Shown piece by piece: positions 6,986 to 13,950 of a stretch of DNA of 25,498 nucleotides (within the stretch, counting starts at the first letter, position 1; each line of letters opens with the position of its first letter). The DNA is taken from positions 1 to 25,498 of the IMG/VR virus record IMGVR_UViG_3300022178_003741. One strand, 5' to 3'. The stretch comes from a virus. Taxonomy: Duplodnaviria > Caudoviricetes. The notes under the pieces are model-generated. The model was given only the letters and a program-made list of their open reading frames with translations, was not told the DNA's origin and did no database searches. The translations under genes and the position numbers were made by a program.

Positions 6986-7357
6986 ATGAAATTTGTATTA
7001 TGCAGTGAACAGACATACCAAGAAAAGTACCAAATAGAAGCTCATCAATGGATAAAGATAGTTGACCACGTAGACCTCTTAGGCTTTAAAAACATCCATG
7101 TGACTATCCACGACTGCTGGATGTATGAGATAAGTGATGACAGAGTAGATTTCTTAGAACAACAACTTCTAGCTTTAGCTGATTTTGGGTACATTACACT
7201 CACGTACCTAGACTCAGAGGGTTGGTCAGAGAACTACGTGTACCAGAGACAAGACCCTTTAGCTGAACAAGAAGATTTATTTGCAACACCTCCTAGTGGC
7301 GTCGTAGCTTATGAAGAGAGTGATGATGATTGTGAAGGTGGAGCATGTAAAATATGA
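6986..7357 (+). CDS. Acidic 123-aa protein with a C-terminal NrdA-type redox tail (CEGGACKI)
   Basis: Ends ...EQEDLFATPPSGVVAYEESDDDCEGGACKI; E. coli NrdA ends ...DDGCESGACKI; no RNR catalytic motifs in the rest; SD AGGGG upstream. Confidence 0.8.
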   Translation: MKFVLCSEQTYQEKYQIEAHQWIKIVDHVDLLGFKNIHVTIHDCWMYEISDDRVDFLEQQLLALADFGYITLTYLDSEGWSENYVYQRQDPLAEQEDLFATPPSGVVAYEESDDDCEGGACKI

Positions 7358-7554
7358 TGGCCTATACAATTGAAGTTTGGTGTGATGTAGCTAAGAAATG
7401 GGGTGCTGTCTATCGTAATGGTAAAGGTGCTTTGTTCAGTAGCCGAAGTGGAACTAGTGCTTATCTCACTAGACAGGCAAAGCATGGGGATAAAGGGAGT
7501 TATCGCGTCAATACTTATAAACTAGAATTATTACTTACGGAGGATGTAGAATGA
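7354..7554 (+). CDS. Phage hypothetical protein (66 aa)
   Basis: ATGA overlaps with both neighbours. Confidence 0.65.
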   Translation: MMAYTIEVWCDVAKKWGAVYRNGKGALFSSRSGTSAYLTRQAKHGDKGSYRVNTYKLELLLTEDVE

Positions 7555-8039
7555 TTAACTTCAAACAATTTAAAGACTACGTAGTAGTACCCACCTTACG
7601 GCACTTAGAGAATGAAATACATTATAGCGATGAAGCTGTCGACCTCCTCATGATGACTGCTGCACATGAGAGTAAAGGTGGGAAGTACCTCAGACAGGTA
7701 GGTGTACCTGATGGAGTAGGGGCTTATGGTGTCTACCAAATGGAACTAGGTACGTCTGCTGATATCTGGGCTAACTTCCTAGATTATAGGAGCTTAGGCG
7801 TAGTCATTGATGGTCTAGTAAGTAGTCTGAAAGGGGAGAGTTTAATTACTAACCTATCTTATGCTACAGCTATGGCAAGAACACATTACTACAGAGTGCC
7901 ACAGGCTATACCAACAAAGAGTGATAGCGGTTACTTAGATAAGCTTGGTAGGTATGCTAAGAAGTATTATAATACACCTCTCGGTAAAGCAACTGCGAGT
8001 AAGTACGTGACAGATTATCTTGAGTGGAGGGATAGTTAA
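7551..8039 (+). CDS. Lysozyme-superfamily (lytic transglycosylase-like) protein, candidate endolysin
   Basis: Helix-ending E-S (LLMMTAAHESKGG) then GAYGVYQM, resembling SLT motifs I and II; WKKYYNT-like AKKYYNT near the C-terminus; SD GGAGG. Confidence 0.6.
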   Translation: MINFKQFKDYVVVPTLRHLENEIHYSDEAVDLLMMTAAHESKGGKYLRQVGVPDGVGAYGVYQMELGTSADIWANFLDYRSLGVVIDGLVSSLKGESLITNLSYATAMARTHYYRVPQAIPTKSDSGYLDKLGRYAKKYYNTPLGKATASKYVTDYLEWRDS

Positions 8040-8695
8040 TGAAAGGTATTGAAGTTCAACTTGTAGATAGTATGGGAGGTGATTTATCTATTTCTAACTC
8101 AGCCCGTGTGTCCTTTGATAAGTGGAAGGAGACTATGGATGAGAAGGATGCTAAGTTAATAAATTACTTAGGTGAACACCAGCACATGACACCTTTCAGG
8201 CACAACTGTGTACAAGTAAGATGTGAGTCTCCAATCTTCTTAGCAAGACAGCTTATGAAGCATCAAGCAGGTCTTACATGGAACGAAGTAAGTAGACGAT
8301 ATGTGGATGATGGTATTGAGATCTTTCACCCAGAGGATTGGAGAGCGAGACCTGATAAGAATATTAAGCAAGGTAGTGGAGGTGACGTTGTAAAGTGGGT
8401 AGATAAAACGACGAGTGTAAGAACAGCTTACTTAAAAGTTATCAATCAAGCAGTAGAAACTTACATGCAGATGATTGAGGCAGGGGTTGCTCCAGAGTTG
8501 GCTCGTATAGTACTTCCACAAAGTATGTTGACAAGCTGGATATGGACAGGTAACTTACTTGCATTCGCTCACGTATATAACTTGCGAATTAAAGAGAATT
8601 CTCAGTTAGAAGCACAAGTCTTTGCTGAGAAGTTAGGAAACATAATCAAAAAACAATTCCCAGTAGGTTGGGAAGCATTGACAGGAGATAAATAA
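8039..8695 (+). CDS. thyX: Flavin-dependent thymidylate synthase ThyX
   Basis: N-terminal SARVSF, H.TPFRH, PIFLARQLMKHQ...WNEVSRRY signature, GVAPELARIVLPQS, R...SQLE. Confidence 0.95.
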   Translation: MKGIEVQLVDSMGGDLSISNSARVSFDKWKETMDEKDAKLINYLGEHQHMTPFRHNCVQVRCESPIFLARQLMKHQAGLTWNEVSRRYVDDGIEIFHPEDWRARPDKNIKQGSGGDVVKWVDKTTSVRTAYLKVINQAVETYMQMIEAGVAPELARIVLPQSMLTSWIWTGNLLAFAHVYNLRIKENSQLEAQVFAEKLGNIIKKQFPVGWEALTGDK

Positions 8696-8979
8696 TGACT
8701 CATTACCATAAAGAAATAGAAGATTACGTAGCGGCTATAGAAGATAAGTTACAGGAAGAACCAAAGAGTAAGTATCACAAGAAACTCCTTAATCAGGGCG
8801 TGACTGTTGATGTATATGATGTTCTTTATGCTTATGGTGTAGAGAACCCAGCCATAGCTCATGCTATTAAGAAAATGTTAATGGCAGGACAGAGAGGATA
8901 TAAAGACTTCAATCAAGATATACAGGAAGCGATAGACAGTCTCAAAAGAGCTAAAGACTTCCCACCTATAATGTTCTAG
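8695..8979 (+). CDS. Conserved phage protein, DUF3310-like
   Basis: KYH...VDVYDVL...HAIKKML.AG.RGYKD...DI.EA..SL.RA resembles the DUF3310 (T7 gp1.7-related) pattern. Confidence 0.55.
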   Translation: MTHYHKEIEDYVAAIEDKLQEEPKSKYHKKLLNQGVTVDVYDVLYAYGVENPAIAHAIKKMLMAGQRGYKDFNQDIQEAIDSLKRAKDFPPIMF

Positions 8980-9012
8980 TATAAATAAAGAAGTCTTCTT
9001 ACAGACGCATAC

Positions 9013-9037
9013 AGGGGCTTATATAGCCCCTTTCTTT
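9013..9037 (+). terminator. Intrinsic terminator at the convergence of the two arms
   Basis: AGGGGCT-TATAT-AGCCCCT stem followed by TTCTTT, between stops at 8979 (+) and 9036 (-). Confidence 0.75.
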
Positions 9038-9329
9038 ACTTCCTCTTTCCTTTCCGAGTCATTCCGCTGTAACTCCCGTTGTCTGCTCTATTAGCAGTCT
9101 TAGACCTTACTCTTGTATTGCTCTCTTTCTTGCTTCCTCCATTGCGTAGAGGATTCTTGTGGTCTATATCCTTACCATCCCCTTTAGCAACCTTCCCTTT
9201 CTTTATAGCTTGGCTACGGGCTTTGTTTCTAGCAGCACGTTCTTTCTTGGCTTTAGGCGTAGAGTTGTAAGCTCTCTGCTGTTTACTTCTTGCTGAAGCG
9301 TTCGCTGATGTTTCACCTTTCTTTGGCAT
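9036..9329 (-). CDS. Small, highly basic minimal HNH-family protein
   Basis: GDGKDIDHKNPLRNGGS...SNTRVRSKTANR (DH..P...GG...N...N); very K/R-rich; SD GAGG upstream. Confidence 0.8.
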   Translation of the reverse strand: MPKKGETSANASARSKQQRAYNSTPKAKKERAARNKARSQAIKKGKVAKGDGKDIDHKNPLRNGGSKKESNTRVRSKTANRADNGSYSGMTRKGKRK

Positions 9330-9386
9330 AATTTCCTCTTAATATGTCATTCATCGTATAATATAGACCGTTCATCGCATTTATGC

Positions 9387-9414
9387 TTGACAGATTTTAA
9401 ATATTGATTACATT
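9387..9414 (+). promoter_or_regulatory. Candidate sigma70-type promoter pointing antisense into the structural arm
   Basis: TTGACA (9387-9392), 16 bp, TACATT (9409-9414), in the only sizeable intergenic gap. Confidence 0.35.
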
Positions 9415-9467
9415 AAAGATAATCCTTAAGTAATTATCTATACATCATTACTAATCCTACCTTCTAA

Positions 9468-9662
9468 TTAAATCCTTTTGTTAAGAATTGTAGTAAAAGA
9501 GGATGCTATTAATAACAACTCATCATCTAGATTATCCTTAAACACTATTCTAGAACCACCTGATGGTACATCTACTACATCCGTAATAGATAGCAGACCT
9601 CTAACTGCAATCTCTAATGTATCACCTAGCAGACCATCTGTAGCTATCTTAAACGGGTTCAT
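9468..9662 (-). CDS. Small protein of the tail-appendage cluster (64 aa)
   Basis: ATGA overlap with the upstream gene; internal repeat IATDGLL/IAVRGLL. Confidence 0.65.
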   Translation of the reverse strand: MNPFKIATDGLLGDTLEIAVRGLLSITDVVDVPSGGSRIVFKDNLDDELLLIASSFTTILNKRI

Positions 9663-10222
9663 TGACGTGTTACTGTTGTTGTATTAAGACCATCCCCTGT
9701 CAAGGCTTGAACAATGCTCCCTACTGACCTTTGCGTTTGTGTAACTGTTAAGGGATTAGAATCATCAAGTCCTTGCAATTTATGCAGTTCATCTACTAAT
9801 GAGTTCATTGTACTTAGTATCTGAGACTCCCCAGATGTTAGTCCTGATACTCCTGTCTCTACTACCACTGCGCGAGTAGATACTTCCTGTCTTATAAATG
9901 CATCAAACCCCCCACTCTCTATAAACATGGGTGATAAGGAGTTACGAGGGAATAAGTTACCTACTACAATAACCTCCCCATTGGCAGAAGGTGCTTTTAT
10001 TCTCCACCCTAGATCATTCCTACAGAAGAAGTATGGGGCTATCTGTTGCCCACCCCCTATGTCATCCCCACCCGTTGTCTCAAAGGCTATGGGGTACTTC
10101 GCATTATCATTTAGCAGCACCCACTCCTTCCATGCACTATATAATTCAGATTCAACATAATACGTACCTGTAGTCGGCAATTGTATTAGAAGTGTGTCTC
10201 CATCAAATGTAGCTACTGCCAT
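9659..10222 (-). CDS. Putative virion structural/tail-appendage protein (187 aa)
   Basis: TAATG-coupled; ELYSAWKEW motif shared with its neighbours; Thr/Gly-rich C-terminus. Confidence 0.65.
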   Translation of the reverse strand: MAVATFDGDTLLIQLPTTGTYYVESELYSAWKEWVLLNDNAKYPIAFETTGGDDIGGGQQIAPYFFCRNDLGWRIKAPSANGEVIVVGNLFPRNSLSPMFIESGGFDAFIRQEVSTRAVVVETGVSGLTSGESQILSTMNSLVDELHKLQGLDDSNPLTVTQTQRSVGSIVQALTGDGLNTTTVTRQ

Positions 10223-12132
10223 TATTCATTCCTGTAATTTCTATCGAACCGTTGCTGAATAGGTATTGACTGGTTTTCTGAGGCATAAGTTAGATTGATT
10301 TTCAAATTTTCGTAATCTTGTGCCGCAACAACAATATATCCATCATTACCCGCTTCAGTTTGACTAAACGTAAATAACGTTCCACTATTTTCAACACCAT
10401 CAATTTCTACCGCTGTAGCGGGGTTTGTGCCAACGTATGCGCGTACTTCTGAGTTTGGCTGTAGGTTGGTAAGCGTAATGGTGACAGGTGGAGCTACTGT
10501 ACCGTTAGTATCTGTTCTAACACCGTTGAATACACCACCGTCTGTTAGGCTTATCGTGCCTGTAGTAGTTGCATCACCAGTGTAAGTTGCTCCGTTTACG
10601 ACCATATCCCAATCATCAAAATTAAACGAATTACCTGTGCGTATTAAGTCTTCACCGTACGTCATGTTAGCTGTCTGCGTTAATTGATACTGGTAGTAAT
10701 CATAAAGACTTTGCGCGTTGTGATTAGAGGTTATCGTGACTGTTTCAGTAGCAAAGTTAAGAGAAATCCCAGTAATCGCTGCCGCTTGTGCCTCGTTAGA
10801 TACGAGATTGGTATTCACTGGCAGCCTGACTTCCTGTCTAATAGGTTCACTAACTGCACTTTGAAAACCTGAGTAGATATAACCATACTTTCTAATTCGT
10901 ATGTCAAAGGGGGTTTTGTTTGATGAAGGTGCTCTGTCTTGATACTTGTTAAAAATAGTTACAATTTCGCTAACTGCACCGCTTGAACTTGTGCGTATAG
11001 CATCTTGTATAGTCCCATCTGTATCATATATAGCTACCTTTACTCCTGACAGACCTGTACCACCTGCATTCGCCAGAGTGTAGTTGACGCTTTTGGCCTG
11101 AAATACATAACCGCTTCCGCTGTCTGTGATGTCTGCATCTGTAAAAGTAGTGCAGTCAACCAGAGTTGCGCCACCTGAACTTTGACTTTGCAGAAAAACT
11201 ACAGTGTTAAGAGAGTCTAAATCAAAGACAGTATCCCGGAACACACCTGTATAAGTGAGATGAGTCTTAAATGCCGCTAACCCATTGGCAAACTGAACAT
11301 TAGATACGTCTCTTCCAAAGGTTGCACGTATCGACCAAGCAGGTGTTAAATTAGTGTTACCTCTGAATTTAGTATCTACCAACTCACTAGCAGAATGATA
11401 AAAAGCCCCACCTATTGGCCCATCCCATATCGAACCAATCATTCTTACTGGCCCAGTACCTCTCATAAAAGCCCAGCTTCCCGCTGAGATTGTGTAGTTT
11501 TTAATGTAACAACCGTAAAAATTAAAGACGGGGCCGTTAGCTACTTCCGAACCGCCATTGCCAAAGACGTTTGAGCCAAATGAAGTCCTAGCGTTATCTA
11601 ATGAGATATAGCAACCTTGCCTTGTGATTGTCGAACCGTTAGCTTCACCACCTGTTAATCTTCCAAACTGCACAGCGCAGCCGTTTGCGGCTTGCCAAGA
11701 CGATAACGCGCTTTGGTTTTTCGTGTCTATCGAAACATCTACATCTGCTAAGAAACCACTACCAGTCACACTCCAATCTCTTCCGTTAAACGAGTAAGAT
11801 TTACCTGCAACCGTACAAGCCGTTGTTGCCGCTTCAATATCAGCAAGGTTTGTGCTTATAGTAAAAGAAGCACCTGACGGTGGTGAGCTTTTAAACCCCC
11901 CATCGCCCACGGTTATTGTTGAAGATGTAGCACTTTCAATGTACCTAATTTCCCACGTTGCAGTTAAAGAAGGGTTGACCTTCCACAACAGAAAGCGCCC
12001 TGCATCACCAGAAGTAGGAGCGTTGCCAGAGGCATATTGAATAACGGTTGTTGAGCTACCTGAACCGCTAACAAAAGCCTTGTAAGCTCCGCTGACAGTA
12101 ATACGAGTTGAGCTTGATGTAATAGTAGCCAT
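10222..12132 (-). CDS. Putative tail spike/fibre (receptor-binding) protein (636 aa)
   Basis: S/T/G/N-rich and beta-rich, with a possible beta-helix centre and Ig/prealbumin-like C-terminal segments (GLSGVKVAIYD, ITLTNLQPNSEVRAY). Confidence 0.65.
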   Translation of the reverse strand: MATITSSSTRITVSGAYKAFVSGSGSSTTVIQYASGNAPTSGDAGRFLLWKVNPSLTATWEIRYIESATSSTITVGDGGFKSSPPSGASFTISTNLADIEAATTACTVAGKSYSFNGRDWSVTGSGFLADVDVSIDTKNQSALSSWQAANGCAVQFGRLTGGEANGSTITRQGCYISLDNARTSFGSNVFGNGGSEVANGPVFNFYGCYIKNYTISAGSWAFMRGTGPVRMIGSIWDGPIGGAFYHSASELVDTKFRGNTNLTPAWSIRATFGRDVSNVQFANGLAAFKTHLTYTGVFRDTVFDLDSLNTVVFLQSQSSGGATLVDCTTFTDADITDSGSGYVFQAKSVNYTLANAGGTGLSGVKVAIYDTDGTIQDAIRTSSSGAVSEIVTIFNKYQDRAPSSNKTPFDIRIRKYGYIYSGFQSAVSEPIRQEVRLPVNTNLVSNEAQAAAITGISLNFATETVTITSNHNAQSLYDYYQYQLTQTANMTYGEDLIRTGNSFNFDDWDMVVNGATYTGDATTTGTISLTDGGVFNGVRTDTNGTVAPPVTITLTNLQPNSEVRAYVGTNPATAVEIDGVENSGTLFTFSQTEAGNDGYIVVAAQDYENLKINLTYASENQSIPIQQRFDRNYRNE

Positions 12133-12142
12133 TATCTATCTC

Positions 12143-13486
12143 TTATGCTGGATTAGTATAGTTACGTTCAAGAGGTGCAACTAGCGAGAAGTTCAACCCA
12201 ACCGCTCGTGTTATCGTACCTGTTGCAACAACGTATTGTGCAGAGTTCAAGCCAATAGCTACAATAGTAACATCAGCATCGGTTGCGGCTGTCCTGCCGC
12301 CTTGTACATTACCATCGTAATCGAAATCAAAACTAATACTTTGAGAGCCAGAGATAGCACCTGAAATATCAACAGCACTATTATTATCTACCAAAATAGC
12401 ACTTGAAGTACCAAAATTTCCAGAGGGATTAGTAGTATAAAACATACGGTAAATCGCACTAGCGTCGCTTTGAAGGTTGGCATTAAAAGATATACTCCCT
12501 GCTGCTACGAATGGGAATGTACGACCTACGCCAGTATCATCTGTAAACGTTATTCTGTTGGTATCATTACTATTGAAGTTATCAATGTAAACACCACCAG
12601 TAGATGTTAATATTGTTTCTAGGTTATCCCCTACAAATTGTAACATAGACTCAGCTAGAAGCCCATTATCACTGCCTGCACCATCATCAATGTCTACATT
12701 TTGGCGTAGTTGGTATTGGACATACTGATATATCTGTTCAGCAGTGGCATTGTTACCATCTATAACTATTGAGTAGTTATACGGAGTACCTCCAATGCTA
12801 CGAGCTACAGCACCATAAGTAATACTCATCCCTGTATACGGAGCTAATGTACTGATATCACCATCAGAAGTTGTAATCTTTAAGTCATTACTTTCTGATA
12901 ACGGGAATCGGTAAGCAATATAAGACAAATCAGATACACCGATGTCGGTAGTAGTCTGTGAGCCGTATAGCTTACCCTGTGTACGAATGTATAGAGTTAA
13001 GGTCTCTGCTCGATAATCAAAATTACCATTACTAGCATCACCGAAAGTTTGAACCCCTTGGTTAATAACACCAGCAAAAGCGAAGTCAGTTTTAGTAGAC
13101 TGAGATGAAAAAGCATAATGAGCCGTATCAGAAGCGTCAATGTCACCAAGGGATATGACCCCCATATATTCCCTGTTAACTGCACTACCTGCATCTATCT
13201 CTCTCCAACCAGCAGAACGTACAAGGTTACGACTTGTATCATCTACTAGAACCCAACCCTCTACGAATTCGTATTGCTCTGGCGTGATTGCCACCATTGG
13301 GAAATCAAAGGGTATCTTAGTATCATCGGTACGCCATTCTTCTTTTAAGAACGAATACAACGCTTGCCCTGTAACACCATCGTTAGATAGATTACCTGCT
13401 ACTGCGAGTGTAATAGTCAAAGCAGTAGTATTAATTACTATTTCTATGCCTTGGTTTAGGTTATCTGGGTCTGTAATAAGTGCCAT
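12143..13486 (-). CDS. Putative virion structural/tail-appendage protein (447 aa)
   Basis: Acidic, T/S/D/G-rich beta protein; QALYSFLKEEW and EQIYQYVQYQL motifs; C-terminal ERNYTN. Confidence 0.7.
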   Translation of the reverse strand: MALITDPDNLNQGIEIVINTTALTITLAVAGNLSNDGVTGQALYSFLKEEWRTDDTKIPFDFPMVAITPEQYEFVEGWVLVDDTSRNLVRSAGWREIDAGSAVNREYMGVISLGDIDASDTAHYAFSSQSTKTDFAFAGVINQGVQTFGDASNGNFDYRAETLTLYIRTQGKLYGSQTTTDIGVSDLSYIAYRFPLSESNDLKITTSDGDISTLAPYTGMSITYGAVARSIGGTPYNYSIVIDGNNATAEQIYQYVQYQLRQNVDIDDGAGSDNGLLAESMLQFVGDNLETILTSTGGVYIDNFNSNDTNRITFTDDTGVGRTFPFVAAGSISFNANLQSDASAIYRMFYTTNPSGNFGTSSAILVDNNSAVDISGAISGSQSISFDFDYDGNVQGGRTAATDADVTIVAIGLNSAQYVVATGTITRAVGLNFSLVAPLERNYTNPA

Positions 13487-13950
13487 TATACATCTGCCTT
13501 AATTGTTATTTCGTTAATAGAGCCACCAGCCCTGTTTATTTTCATTTTGTAATCAGTTTTCCTTGTCTTCTCAATAGAATCAACTAGCTTTAAATTACTC
13601 TCCGCTATTGCTTTAGCCACTTCCTTATTAGAATCTTGTATGCTTACAATCATCCCAAGGATACTCTTCTCTAACACATCTAATTGCTTAACAGTTTGCA
13701 ATAAAATCTGAGGTGTAAGAGTATCTTCTTTGTTACCCTCTACTACAGCTTCTCTAAGCGTCTGTACAAGTAGTTCTGTTTCTTTTGACTTCCTATCTAA
13801 GATACTTTCTGTTGTACTCTGAGAGGCTTCCCCTGCTTCTTTAAGAGTGCTTATAAGAAGAGCTATATCTTCTTTATGAGATGAGAAAACCTTAGCAACT
13901 TTTTCTTCTTCAGTTGCTACTCTTTTTAAGACAGCTTTCTTTTTATCCAT
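13486..13950 (-). CDS. Coiled-coil protein (154 aa), possible appendage connector
   Basis: Helical repeats LLISTLKEA/LLVQTLREA/LLQTVKQL and a short C-terminal beta-hairpin; TAATG-coupled on both sides. Confidence 0.6.
   Translation of the reverse strand: MDKKKAVLKRVATEEEKVAKVFSSHKEDIALLISTLKEAGEASQSTTESILDRKSKETELLVQTLREAVVEGNKEDTLTPQILLQTVKQLDVLEKSILGMIVSIQDSNKEVAKAIAESNLKLVDSIEKTRKTDYKMKINRAGGSINEITIKADV

Noticed and set aside
8240-8303. ThyX signature reads KHQ instead of RHR
   Set aside because: The RQLxKHQ...NEVSRRY variant is familiar from phage ThyX proteins and the catalytic Ser is kept, so it is not evidence of novelty
8988-9000. Palindrome AAGAAG-T-CTTCTT before the terminator
   Set aside because: Short and low-complexity, a 1-nt centre cannot form a hairpin loop, and no second copy was seen
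9345-9385. CGATGAA repeats on the - strand suggesting a hammerhead ribozyme or other ncRNA
   Set aside because: No CUGAUGA plus GAAA core with supporting stems could be assembled
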